Assembly: GCF_009914755.1 (NCBI RefSeq)
Contig: NC_060934.1
Strand: one strand, 5' to 3'
Length of the DNA: 64,000 nt
DNA from: the human T2T-CHM13v2.0 reference genome, Homo sapiens
The notes beneath the pieces were generated by a model. That model was not told where the DNA came from. It saw only the letters and a program-made list of their open reading frames with translations, and searched no databases. Shown one piece after another: positions 15,025 to 37,830 of the stretch (its first letter is position 1; every line of letters begins with the position of its first letter). Both the position numbers and the translations under genes were made by a program.

Positions 15025-15590
15025 TCATTATTAGCTTTCTAAGTCTGATTGTTGGCCACTTCGTTGAAGATTCAAAGGTTTCACAGGTGAGTTAAGCTAT
15101 ACCCTTGTGAGTACTTTGACACCGTTTGAGGCTGTCAGAGGCCTTGGCTGCACAGGTAAGCTTCAGGGTGCAAAGCAGGTGAACACACATATGAGACAGC
15201 CCTGAGGGCCTTCCTGCAAGCAGCTGAGTGGAACTCACTCTGAAGAAGTGTTAGAAGATCCACAAGTAGGAATGAGGCCACAATAAGAGAAATTATATTT
15301 GGTAACTTGCAAGACCCCATGTCTGTCCCCAGGCGGTCCTGACCTGGGAACCCCTGAAAACATTAGCAAGTGTGGGATACTGTAGTGCTCTGTGTTCTTA
15401 AGCACAGCTTGATATGGTTAGTGACCCCGGGTAAGCTTTGGAGGTGTGTTCTTTTCCTGTTTCTTTAACTTTCTGATTGTCCGCTGAAGATCAGTATATT
15501 CCCAATAGTATCTCCAGATCTTTTCAAATTATAATTCTCAATAAATGTAAACTGATGAAGAGAAATCCATTAATATTGTTTGTCTAAGTT

Positions 15591-15813
15591 TTAACACTTA
15601 ACGGATACAATGTACAATTAATGTACATTGTTAACAATCACAAATGTTAACACTTAACTGATACAAATGTGATCATGATTGTTAACACTTAATTGATACA
15701 ATGTACAATTAGTGTACATTGTGAACAATGTAGTACAGTGTTAACATTCACAATTGCACTGTATTAGTTAATGTTAACAATCACATTGTTAGCACTTAAC
15801 TGATACAATGTAC
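15591..15813. repeat. Degenerate tandem/inverted AT-rich repeat patchwork
   Basis: Unit TTAACACTTAACTGATACA at 15591, 15647, 15682 and 15789, with internal hairpins. Confidence 0.85.
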
Positions 15814-16921
15814 ATGAGTGAAGTGCACAGTCAGTGTGCTTCATTAGAAGAAAGCAAACTGAATTATATGCTGTGCCAGTCGTAGAGAAGTTTTTATTAT
15901 TTTGTGGTGAGAAAAGACAAGAACTAAAGGAAACTTTCAGTTTTGTTCTAACTTCACTCGTATGCAATGTTGGTGTTACTTGCATTATCACTGGTGACCA
16001 CAACAAGTAACAGAATAGGATGGGTTCTGAAGGAAAGGACCCAGCCTCTGGACCACCCCTTTTCTTGAAACCTTCACTTTTCTTTGCCCCATGACTAGAT
16101 TCTCCTGATTCCTCTCCTACCTCCCTGAATTTTTCTTCTGTTTTAGATTTATCCATCCAGTCTCACATTGTATATTTACCAAAGATTTGTCCCTGCAGCT
16201 TTTCTCGTTTTTTCTCTACACTCTCTCACTTCAAAAATTCTTCTGACATTATGGCCTCAACAGAGAGCTCTACGTGATTGACACCCAAAGACATACCTCT
16301 CCCCCTCTCTTAAAACTGAAAAACATTTACATTTTTTTTAAAATTGCCAACTACCTACATATCCTGCTACCATCTCAAATTCAAGTGAATACACATCTCA
16401 AATCTGTTTCTTTTCCCATAGCCCTTTTCTTTTGGAATGGAACTATCCTTCTCTAGTTATATAAGACCCCCCGACTCTCTCTTCACTCAGGGGAGAGTTT
16501 CAGTGCAGAATGCATGCTAACCAATAGCATTGTTACTTTTCTCTTTAGAAATGTCTTCCTTCCTTTTGAAATACTAACAAGGAAGACCAGAGATCTGCAT
16601 TATTCACCTTATCAAACTCTACCCTTTCATATTAAGTATTTCAATTTGTTAACTTTCAAGAAAGACCAAACAGGGTACCTTCAATAATTATTAGCGTGTC
16701 TGTCACAAGTATCAAACCTTTAATGTTATTTTAAACCTACATGACTGATGTGTTGGAGTCCTTATTGAGCTTCTGTAAAAAATTATTCTTGTGATGGCTT
16801 TTGGCAGAACCTTGGATCAAAACTAGAGATTATAAAATAAAGCCACAGTTGTTCTAAAACTCCACTGCATTATTGGAAGAGTAAATACATATGGATATAT
16901 CTGAGTTACTGTTGATTCTGA

Positions 16922-17260
<339 letters not shown>

Positions 17261-18868
17261 AAGAATGAATAATTTCTAAAGAGAGCAATAGTAAATTTCC
17301 ATCTACACTGAGATTATACTGCATAATATACAGGGGGAGAAGACCCTGGAATGTTTTTAAATCCTTTCTTACCTTTTAAGTAAAATAATTTGCGTGTAAT
17401 TATGCATATCATGAAGTGGGCTTTTTTCCGTTCCATGTGCTTCATATGGAAAAGAATTCAAAGGCTCCTCTGTTCTACTAAAAATAAGCTTAATAATAAT
17501 AATTCCTTTTCTGAAAGTATTTCATTGGCCCCCTAAGTTTGCTGATAAAGGCTGTGGAGGGGGTGAAGGAAAGGAGCAGGGCAAGAGGGGATGCAGGCTG
17601 CTCCGGAAGTTTGGGTGTGATGAGTTGAGGACCCAGAGCACAGTTCAGGCCACTGCCAAAAGTGGCAGGAAGGGGAGTATCCACAACAATTTAGTGTCTC
17701 CTGCCCCAACCCCTATGGTGGCATCCAAAGCTTTGTGGTGGGATGAGAGTTTTATACCAATGGAAAGAGAAGTAACAATAGAAAAAAGTGAAGACAGCAA
17801 GTCCTTCTGGTTGAGACATAATTAATTTAACCACTGTAAAAGGAATCCTACTCTGCCCCAACCCCAGCCTGTGAGCCTGGTGATAATGGAGTGAACAGTG
17901 AAGTGAAGATTGAGGACCATCCTAAAACAGGAGGAGATCCTAGTGGGAGGACGAGAAGGGGAATGCCACAGAGAGATGCAAACCCCAGGGTGTCCCAGCT
18001 GACCACTAGGCTCATCAAGAGTGGAAGTAAAGCAGGGAAGTAGAGATGGGGAAACTATAGAGCAGGAAGTTCATCCTCTGCTGTTTCAGCAGAGAGCCTG
18101 AAAGTGTGATTTTTCCCTGGAGCCCACTACAGCAGAAGGAAGACATGAGGGAAGGAGAGGGGACCCCAAGGTCCAAGAAATTATGTTGTGGAACATCCTG
18201 AAGTGGAAACTTACCTTGTTGTAATCATATTCCCTTAATGGCATTATTGCAGCATCTGGAAAATGCTAGTTATGCTACTTAGAATCACAGAGTCATGGGA
18301 TTTGAGACTTATAAGAAAGAGATTCCTCATACAAGTGAGAAAACTGAGTCTCAGAAAGACAATATTAAAAGGTGGTTAAAGGCGTGGGCTTTGGGGTCAA
18401 ATAGACCTGATTCAAATCCATATTAATCATCAACTCTGTGGCTTTGGGGGAGATTGACAGCTCTAATCCTCGGTTTCCTTCTCCATAAAATAGGAAACAC
18501 ATGACCACCTCAGGGGCTTATGGTGGGTTAATGAGACAATGTAGCACTTGTAACCACTGGCATGGCTGTATACATTATTCTTTTTCTGTCTGCTCCACTG
18601 GCATGTAAACTCCAAGAAGTTAGGGATTTTTGACAGTTTTGCTCCTGCTATATCCCCAGCGCCTGGAACAGTGCCTGGAAGTCACTCACGAATGTATACT
18701 GAATGATTCCTATGAAGTGATTAAGATAATTTCTGGAATTTAATGACAGTGGTTGTTGAAAATAATGACAACAATAATGACCACAGAAAGCCAAAATGCA
18801 GTATTCAGAAAAGCCCATATCAGCACTCACGGTCGTTGTTCAAATAATTATATTGTCAAGTAACTTAA

Positions 18869-19018
<150 letters not shown>

Positions 19019-19034
19019 TAATCTACCAGGTTGA

Positions 19035-19238
<204 letters not shown>

Positions 19239-19544
19239 TGAACTTCTTTAGAAAGTATCTTTTTATCATCACTAATGTTAAGAGCATTTATTGAGTGATT
19301 AATATATACCAGCATAAGTGCTTTACATAAATTGAAACAGCATTATGAAATAACTGGAAATATAATATTTACTTTATAAGTGAAGAAATAGTGGCCTTGA
19401 GATATAATTGAATTTCATTTTGTTCTTAACCTTTTATTTTACTTATACTTACATTTCCCATATACATATATGGGAAATATATATATAAATACATATATAA
19501 TTTTACATAAATATATAAATTGCATGTTCTTTTTAGTGCAGTCT

Positions 19545-27250
<7,706 letters not shown>

Positions 27251-27402
27251 CCTTTAAAAAAATTTTTTTGTTCAGCTCCCTCTTCCCCATCTTACCTCCT
27301 TAAATCTACATCTGCTCTCTTTCTCCTCCCCTAGTTAATGGATGTATACATAGTCCAATATTCCATATTTATTTACCTAGTCCCAGAGTCTTGTTTATAG
27401 AT

Positions 27403-27428
27403 ACACACACACACACACACACACACAC
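27403..27428. repeat. (AC)13 microsatellite
   Basis: Read directly from the sequence. Confidence 0.95.
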
Positions 27429-27449
27429 CCATGCAAATGTTGACACATG

Positions 27450-29500
27450 CATATATATGGTGAGATGATCATTGTTTTATTAATATGGGATTATATTACA
27501 CACACTTTTCTATATCTGATTTTTCTCACTCAGCAATACCTGTGAAAATCCCTTCAAATCACCAAATATATCACTGAATCACCCCTTTTAAAGGTAGTAT
27601 AATGTTCCACAGTGTGTACTACCATAATTTATTCAGCCATTCAGCCATGACTGGGCATATAACTATAAATGTTTCCAGATCTTTGCTACCATGAGCAAAG
27701 CTGAAGTATGTCCTTATTGACTGGTTCATTTCTTTCTGTGGAATAGGTTCCGTTCCTAGTAGTGGAATTTCTGGGTTAAAAGGTGTATATTTTTTAAATT
27801 TGAATAGAACTTGCAAGATTGCCTTCCAATAGTTCTGTAGCACTTCACATTTCCACCAACAATACATATTAATACCCTTCCCCCACTCATTCCTGCCAGC
27901 AATGTGTTGTGGCTTTTTAAATATTTCCTAGTCTGGTGGGTGAAAGTAACATGTTGTTTTAAATTTGCGTATCCTTGACAAATAATATATTTGAACATCT
28001 TTCTATTTGTTTGCCAGCTGCTTAGATTTACTCTTATGAATTGTATATTTATATATGTTGCCCCTTTTATTGAATTATTTATATGCTTTATGTCAATTTG
28101 TAAGGGCTCATTGAATATTATAGACATTATATGTTTCTATCATTTGTGTTATAAATGTTTCTTTATACTTGTATAATTTGTCTGTGACTTACTTTTTGTC
28201 ATATTTGTTTACCATAATGAAGTTCTAAATTTTCGTTTATTCAAACAAATTTACGTTTTTGTTCATAGTATCTAGGTCTCTACTTTCAGTTAAAAAGTTT
28301 TCCCCTAACTCTAGGTTGTATGTGTAGTCTCCTAGATTTTCTTGAAAGTTTAAAAAATAAATTTATCTTTAATCATTTGAAATTTATTTTATGGTACCAG
28401 ATGGAGCACCACTTTTCTTTTATTCCAGATGGAGAGCCAGAATTGACTTATCCTATATTAAGGCCTTATATGACATATAATCTATTTTTGATGCCTCTAT
28501 TTTAGCCATCAATCTATGTTTTCTACTTCTATACAGTATTCTGTTGTCTTGATTACAGTGGTTTGATTCTGTGTTTTTCTAGTAAGGCTATTCCTGCTCT
28601 CGCTTTCTTCTTTTCCATATTTTCCTTAGCTATTGTTTAGCATTGCTTGTCCATACAAACTGTAAGATCAATATATTCAATTCCAACAACCCCACTTGGA
28701 CTTTTAACTAGAATTATATTGAATTTATATATTAATTTTTGGAGCACTGTGATTTTCATGATATGTATGTCTTCTCATCCCAAATTATGAAGCGACTTAT
28801 GTACTTTTTGTCTTACAACTTTGTTTAGATGCTGTTTCGAGTTTTTAATAATAATCTATACTTATATTCATCTGGAACTTGCATCTTATTTTTAAATTTA
28901 TTAATAACTATGTTAAGGTTTTTATTATAAGGGAAATGAATTTTCCAATGGCAGAATTTTTGAGATATATAATCATGTCATTAGCAAAAAGAAGAGTTTT
29001 ACCCCTTTCATGTCATGTCATCATTTCTTTTTCTTGTTTGTGCTTAGATCATCTAAGACTAGTCTAAGTCAATATTAAGTAATAATGATTATAGTTGGCC
29101 TCTGAGTCTAGTTTCTGATTTTAAGTGGTTTTAGTGTTTTGCTATTTTTTTGGAAAAGAATATTTATCATAATTAATTTCCTTTTATTGCTGTTTTATTT
29201 AGGGTTGTTATTAGGAATTCTGCTGAATTTTACCAAATTTATTTTTAGCTGCTATTGATATAATCATATTTTTTCCTACAGCAGTTTGTTGATGCCTCCT
29301 TATTCTGTTGATAGATTTCTTAATATTTAAATATCCTTACATTTCTGGAATAAACCCAATAGAGTCCATCTTTATCATCTTTTTGATAAATTTCTGTATC
29401 TATGAGCTAGTATTTTATTTCGAATTTTTGCATCTATATATTTAGCAATGAAATGTATCTATTTTTTTTCTTTTATATCAGATTTGATTACTAAAGTTAT
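27450..29500 (-). mobile_element. Highly decayed L1M (L1ME-like) fragments
   Basis: T-rich antisense L1-like sequence; minus ORF 27619-27867 resembles the ORF2 C-terminus (PFNPEIPLLG...WLNKLW). Confidence 0.55.
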
Positions 29501-29732
29501 GCCAGTGAGCTTTTTTCTTTTTTTCTTTGGCCTATGTGAGTTAAAATCAGTTCCCAATGTTCTCTGAAGACAAGAAGCACCTTGACACACATACATGAGT
29601 CTTAACCAGACCTACCGTATAGAAATTTCTGGGAGAGATCTAGTATTTGCTGCCATTACAGCACCCCAAGTAATTCTTATCATTAGAGAAGACTGGGGAC
29701 AATGTCTTTTAAAACCTTAAATAAAGATTAGA

Positions 29733-30033
<301 letters not shown>

Positions 30034-31814
30034 GATTAGGGTAAAACTCAACTGTGTCTGACCCTTGGGCCTTTTTGATATTGAGTCTTTAATTACCTTT
30101 CTGATTCTTCTATGATAATTATCTTTTTGAATTTGTTTTTCTCTTTCAGGTTATTTGTATTTTGCTAAGAAATTATCATGAAATCTTATGCCATAGATTT
30201 TCATGCTGAATTTTCTTATAATACTTTAAATTAATCCCATATCTCTGGCTTTGTTTCCTTTCTCATTCCAAATAGAAATTCTCATTTTTGCCCTTACTCT
30301 TTTATCTTTAATTGGGTTTACAAGGGGGTTTCGAATCTTAAAAAAAAGAGAAAGGCAAAACCACAACAGCTATTGGATGCATTTACCCATCCGATAAATG
30401 TTTTCATTGTCTGTATTATTGGTTTTAATTTGATTTTTATATTTTTATTAATTTATTCATTTGTTTCTTCTGTTCTTTTTTTTTAAGAGAATACTTGGTT
30501 TCTCTATTTCTTTACATTTGTTATTGAATAATGAAAGCATTTAAGGCTAGAAATTTATCCCCAAGTAATAAACACTTCCTTATGTCCCATAGGTTGTATT
30601 TTTTAATTTTTGTAACAAAGTATCGTGTTTAATAGGGACGCCTAAGGCTTTTAGAGAAGCTTTCAGACTTTGCTCGTAACAGTTTATTGTTTGCTACATT
30701 GATTCAGAGTGTGTGATAAAAGAAGATTTTACTCTAAATGTGAATCAGGCTTTTAGATGAACTCTTTCTGGAATTTTAGATGAACTCTTTCCGCAATTTG
30801 TTGAATTTTGATTTCATTTTCATAAATGACACTCCTGCAGCTTTAAACAGTCAATGTGTCTGCTTAAGAAGTTTACCAAGATCCCTTGGGTTATCAGATC
30901 TCTAGTAAGAGCTTAAGCTAAAACAAACAAACAAAAAACTAATTCTTCAATTATTCTCAAAAAAATTAGAAAATTTAATCAACAATATATAAAGTGTAGA
31001 AATGCTAATAGACGTGAAACTTTATAAAAATTATTCAAATTGTATGCTATGAAATTATTGAATCTAATGATTTTGTAGTCTGTTTTTAAGGCACTGTTGA
31101 CTCCCTTCTAAAATGGAAGACTATCAGCAATAACTTTAGTTCCATGATCATCTGCTTGCCAAAAGTAATATTTGTAAAGATGTAAGTGCTTTTGGCATAT
31201 TCTCCAAATAGGGAAATTCTGCTCTTGGCAGCTCTGAAGACAGGAATCTCTCAGTCTTGCCTTCTCTTTGAAAGCTTTTGGCTCCATCTTGAGTATCCTT
31301 GCTGCAGGCTTACAGGAGGTGGGGACTGGGGAATGTTTTCAAGACCTTACCCCTAGAAGATGAAGTGTGATCTTTACCAACTGGGTGAGGTTGGAGAAGA
31401 AGCAGAGTAAATGGATTTTATTTTGGTTGGAAACTAGGGCCCTGCCTTACAAGGGAGGTTTAGGTAAATCCAGTGCCATCTTTGTCCATCAAGATCTTAG
31501 AAATCTTCACTGATCCATCTCCCCAAAGCTAACTTTATAACCCAGAAATTTTCCAGACAGTTATTTGATAGAACAAGAATACATAGATTCAAATGGAATT
31601 CCAATTGTTTAGTTCAGCACTATCTTATTTAATAAGGACTTCTTGAGAGATTTTGTTTTGTACAATCCATGTAAGAATGGAAAATGTAGAATAATGATAT
31701 GACAAGTTGCCCACTCTAACTTAAGAAATGAGAAATAAAAATTACTATGAAAGGAACTTTGTTAGACTTAACTGACAAATCAGACAGTATCTGTAACAAT
31801 GAATATTTAGAGTA

Positions 31815-32164
31815 CAGTACTACCCTCTTATCTGCAGTTTCACTTTCTGCAATCCCAGTTACCTGTAGTCAACTGCAGTTTGAAAATATTAAACAGAAAA
31901 TTCTAGAAATAAACAGTTTTAAATAGCATGCTGTGCTGAGTAGCATGATGAAATCCCACTCCTTCCATGCTGGTAAATGAATCTTCTCTTTGTCTGGCAT
32001 GCCCATGCTGTATAGGCTACCTGCCCCTTAGCCAATTAGTAACCCTGTTGGTTATCAGTTCAAAAATACATAGTACATATATAGAGAGTTCAGTTCTATC
32101 TGTGATTTCAGGAATCCACTGGAGGTCTTGGGAGGTATCCACCATGGATTAGAGGGGACTACTA
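31815..32164 (+). mobile_element. MER44A (non-autonomous Tigger7)
   Basis: TA-flanked; TIR-like ends CAGTACTACCCTCTTATCTGCAG and GGATTAGAGGGGACTACTA; 350 bp. Confidence 0.85.
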
Positions 32165-33400
32165 TAATCTGGTGTGTTACAGTCAAACAATTGTTGCTGT
32201 GAAACATTCCAACTTTTAAAGTAAACTTTTCTAGTATGGGCTTTCTCCTTAACCAAGAGAAATTCAGATTTGATGAAGAGACTCTTTCCTGGCTACTTTT
32301 ACAGGTCCAGAATTTAGAATCTCTCATTGAATTCTGAATAAACATTGCTACTCTGTTTCTAGAGGAATTAATTGCTTGTAGGGAAACTGGTGAAAGAGTT
32401 TGAGGAGCCAGAAGGGAATCTGGAAGGCTATTTCCAGCACCAATCAAGAATTATTAACAATTCCTCTTGGGACCAGAGCGGGAGTTATTGCAATGAGTTC
32501 CCCCAAAGAGTTCTGATTTTACCAGAACATTATGAATTATAAGGACAACAAGAAAGTTGTACTCTAGACTCAATGGCAAGCCAAGATTGAATGCATCCTT
32601 AGGAAGACACTTTACTCGCAAAAAGTCGTGAGCTGAAGTTAAATGACTTTTTGGCTTAAAAGTAGAGACTCCAACTTGACCATCTTCATTTCTGAATCAT
32701 GCTTTCTCTCCATTGATTCATGGACCCTACCTGGAACTTTGGATTGACAAGTCAGGCTGTCCATTCTATATCTACTACACTGCAGCTGTAATTTGGGAAC
32801 TCAGTGGTTCTGTGGTCTCTAGGTCAGAAAGGAGATGAATGAGCCCCTTCTCTCTCAATGCATTAGATGGTTTTTAGGCTATAAAATGGAACAAAAATCC
32901 ATTGTTTAATGCATTTTCTCTGAGGGCTTTTGGAGAAGCTTTCACACTTTGCTCTTAGCTGTAATTTGTTACAGTGAGACAGTACCTGGTTCTTAAGTGG
33001 CCAGTATGTGAATCTCATTCCCCCATCTCCCTCCCTCCAAAAAAAATTAAGCAGCAAAGGTTGTCAGGATGTCTGGAATGATACATAAGGACAGGAACAT
33101 TGGCTTCACCATAGCACCTTTTGTCTGAGAGTTGAAAGAAAATGATGAGGAGTGAGTAGGAGTTGAACAATTGAGAGATCACTAAGCATTTAGAACTTAT
33201 CATGGATACCTCGTGTAAAGGATAGAGTGTGCATACCCTTGTACATGCCATGAGGTCTGCGTGGTAGGCATCCTATCATGCTGAAATTTGTGCCATTGAC
33301 CTTACCTGATTGTCTTTTGGAAACAAGGTCTGAACTGTAGGACCTGGAGTCAGAGATGACCCTGATATATTTCTGGAAAATCGTTTTTTGGGTTTTCTTT

Positions 33401-33700
33401 TCTTTTTTTTTTTTTTTTTTTAAGAGATGGGATCTCTCTCTGTTGCCCAGGCTGGAGTGCAGTAGTACAGCTCACTGTAGTTTCAAACTCCTGAGCTCAA
33501 TCTGTCCTCCCACTTCAACCTCCTGATCAGCTGGGACTATAGGTGATTACAACCATGCCCAGCTAACTTTTTAAAACATTTTTTGTAGAGATGCATCTCA
33601 CTATGTTGCCCAGGCTGGTCTGAAACTCCTGGCCTTAAGTGATCCTCCTGCCTCAGCCTCCCAAGTAGCTGGAATTACAGGCATGAGGTGCTGTGCCTGG
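33401..33700 (-). mobile_element. AluJ
   Basis: Antisense diverged Alu dimer with T-tail. Confidence 0.9.
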
Positions 33701-35710
33701 TGATATTTTTAATGCTAGAGAAATAAGTGTGTTCATAATGGCTTCAACTCTGGAAGAGGAACTCCCTGACTCAGAAAGCATGAGTTTCAGCCATATTCCA
33801 GGTGATATGTGGCCCCCACCCAAAGACTACAGATGAGCTAGGGGCACACTCCAAGGAGACTCCACATGCCACCCTGTTCTAAATATAGTCTCATTCTTAT
33901 GCTCTAATTCTGATGTCCCAGGCATCATAAATGACCACTTGAGTGTTTTGCTCTTGTTAGTCAGCCTAACCCTAATTCTACCCCTACCCCTACCCTTTCC
34001 TAGGCATGACCACTTCCAGGTGCATCTTTCCCTGCTGCCAACATTCAGTTTCAAATCTGGCCACTCCCCTTCCACTGCATCATTTCTCCTCCCTCAGTCC
34101 TCCCTAATCGGGTCCTCATTCTTCCCACAGTTTGTACCTATGAAGACAAGCTGATTCAAGCAGTCAGTGTCCTGGCTCTTAAAGCAGAGCCAATTTATTT
34201 GGGATTCAGTCAATAAAGAAAAAAGCAGCAGTCATTCTTTTCCTCAATCCTTGGTCATAAGATCAATGTTGCTAGTGGTAGATGCTCCTTGTGAACTGTG
34301 CCTGGCTCTGTTGGATGCCTGGTTAGGGGAAAACGGGAGCAGCTAATAGAAGCTCAGGGCATCCTTCTAACTGGAAGATGTACAATAAACAAGACAGTGC
34401 CTGCTTGTGACCAGGGGCTGGGCCTCTTCATAGCTCTTTTCCCTGCCTTTTGTCTTCAGAGTTGATCTGCTTCTTACACATTCACTTTTTCAGAGTTTGC
34501 TATCTTAGAAGCAAGGATCATTTTTAATTGGTTTGTTTACTTCAAAGTCCCACTCATCAGAGGCAGTGTTTCGCTTATATTTGGCTCAACTACTTTCTCT
34601 TGCTTGGTTTAGTAACACTAATGTTTACTAACATTAAAATGAAACCAGTTTTGCAGCTAGCATCTATTGACAAATATAATTATTTATTTCAAACTGTATA
34701 TTCCAAATTTAAACATATTCAATGCTTATTGAACATCTAAACATATAGCTTAGGATAAAGGAAAATATAACATCTGTTTTTGGATCTGAAGCACAACCAC
34801 TGCTAGATATTTTGGGAAGGCTTTTAGTCCAGTTCAAGGTGATTCTCCGAGGGTGTGGTGGCCTCCCATCTAACAGCAGAAACTGTCCCAGTTTGGATTT
34901 GGTAGAAATAAACCGCATGAGCATTTACTTCCTTTTTATCCCCAATATTGATTTTTATGCTATCTTATTGGCTTTCTTGGATATGTTGTTTGACAATAGC
35001 TGCTTCTAATCTATTTTGATAGTAAAAGGCAACTTTAATATCAAGATAAGTGGCATGATTCTGACATCCTCTAAGCACAGCATGCGACCTTCACAGTTTA
35101 CTGCAGCACAATTTGAGTGACTCTCCAATACAGTCTCTTTTTCTCACTGTCTCTCCTGCTCTCTCTCTCTCTCATTGGTGTTGACAGCACCCCAAGCGTA
35201 TGTGTCCCTTTAAATACTCTCAGAGTTTACAGTTCACGTGTGCATTTGTGATTCAGCACAATCCAAAGGAATGACAGGCAAATCAAATTCAGATATTCTC
35301 TAAAAATAACACCAATTAGAAATCTCTGAAACCGTTAAACCATATGATTTCCTAAGCCATTTCCCTGCCATAGTTTTAAAATAAATGATTGGTAGTTTGA
35401 TGATTCATAGTAGTTTGATGATTCAATGAGTAGTTTGTCTCATTTAGAAACAATTTTTACCATATAATGGGAATTTTCGGGGGGTTTTTTGCACAAATTT
35501 ATGTCTTATGTCTAAGATGAGAATGCCTTTTTTCTGTTTTAATTGCGCTTTCATTTCTTATGATAGTCTAAAAATCACATGCTAGCATGTTTTCTTTGGA
35601 TTATTAGTTATGTCTTTAGGGAAGATCAAATAATATTTGTGAAAGAAATTAAATATTTTAAAGCATCACAAAAAGGATTGAATTTCCATGAAATACTCAC
35701 TTCATTTTTA

Positions 35711-36033
<323 letters not shown>

Positions 36034-37249
36034 CTGATTTTGACCAGAATGGAAAGGGTGTGTGTATTCCATTTGGTTTGTCGTTTGTAATAACTTAAAA
36101 ATAACAATTTGATACCAAGTTATTTTTTTCAATCAAAAAACATAAAACAAGTTACAATTCCAGAATGCCATGATTTGGCCAACATTGATGACTTGAACTA
36201 AATGACGCAGCCAAGGAGGTAGTTGGTAAAATAAAAATAATTCTGTGCTAGGGAGTCAAGATCCCTAGGCTAAAGTCCTTGACACTGCTTATTTCTGGCT
36301 GTGTGTCCAATAACTAAACTTTCTGGTCTAAGCTTATTTACCAGTAAAAGGAGGGGAAAGGGATAATTAATTTCTGAATCACTTCGAACTCTATGATTCC
36401 ATGACTAAAATTGAGGGGCATTTAATTTCCTTCTAGTCTCTGCAGATTGCTCATGCTGTTTTATTGCTTTAAGTGTCTGCAGAATTGAACCTAAGAATAG
36501 AGAACATATTAATATCTCACATACCAACAGCTGCAAATGCTGATTGCAGAGCATCTCCTTCTATCCCATCAGTTCTTATCTGCCTGGTATGTGAGTTGCA
36601 GTAACATCCCATCCTGGGTTCCCTCCTCCCCAACCTCCCTCCACCCCAGCCTGCCTCCCTGTCCTTTCTCAACAGGAGCATCAACACTATGGCCTTCCAA
36701 GGATTAGACTGGATGGTGCCAGATCTGCCAGGGATGGGCCACTTTGTCCTGGTCCATGATGACCCCCACCTACTTTGAGGTCTGGTCATTGTTCTCTCTC
36801 CCAGTCCTCTCTCACATGGGCATCAGTTAGGCATCAGGTATAGGTTGAGGCCCTAAGAAAGGACTTAGCACATGTTGCCAAAACAACTCTGTGCACCAAA
36901 CTCAGTCTACCCTGCATGGACTGTTGCTTCCATTCCCAAAACAAAATCACTGAAAAGGAAATCATATATTTCCCAACCACAGGGCTCTGCCACTGAGAGA
37001 AGTTAATTGGCTTTTGGAAAAAAAACAACTTGGCTTAGTGAGATCTTTTTGTTCTCATAAACTCTAACCACTCACTGAGGATGCAAAGTTTGACGTCAAA
37101 AGAAGAGGACATTTAGATTTATAAAAAAATTCTGAGAAAGATAAGTAGAAACAATGAGGCACAGATTAAGAGACATAAAACAAATAAGAAAGATTCTGTT
37201 TTGAAAGTGAAGGAAATTGTACTGTCACTTGATTGAAACAAAAGAAAAC

Positions 37250-37830
37250 AGTTTGACAAGCATTTATTGAGTACTACCTGTGTACCAGGCCCTGTGCTAA
37301 AAGTTAGAGATGTGAATTAGTCACAGTCTTTGTCCTCAGTAAGTTTATAATCTGATAGAAGAAATATACACTAGGCATCATTTCAATAAAATGTAGTAAA
37401 TTCTATGAGAGCAGAGAATTTCACGGAAACACGAAGTCTGGGGTGGAAAAATGAACACCCCAGAATGGGAAAAAAAGAACAGCATAAGCCAGAACTGAGA
37501 CATGAAATTAACAAAATAACATGGAATGCTTGGGAACCTACGAGGAGTTTGGCTGGCTGAAATATGTCAAAGAAAACTAGCTGGAAATGACAATGGACAG
37601 GCAGTCAAGCACAAGAAGATGTGGCACCTTCCTTCTCATGCCTTGGTAGGAAGCTGGAGGTTTATTGCTAGGGGAATAGGGGCCATTGAAGGATTTTAAC
37701 TGGAGACATAGGAAGATGTGATTTGCCTGCTAGAAAAGTCACTCTGACAGCCGTGTGGAAGACGGATCGGCGAGTGGCAAGACCAGAGGCAAGGAGACTG
37801 GTCAAGAAGAGGATCGTGGCAGAGGCAAGC
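37250..37830. mobile_element. L2 fragment
   Basis: AAGCATTTATTGAGTACTACCTGTGTACCAGGCCCTGTGCTAA (L2 3' end) followed by L2-like body. Confidence 0.65.

Noticed and set aside
15591-15813. Repeat-spacer look resembling a CRISPR array
   Set aside because: Eukaryotic intron, irregular spacing, 'spacers' are copies of the same words, and there are no cas genes. Kept only as a repeat patchwork.
30751-30797. 23-bp tandem duplication (similar ones at about 35394-35426, 47400-47443 and 49326-49358)
   Set aside because: Ordinary slippage duplications with no further structure.
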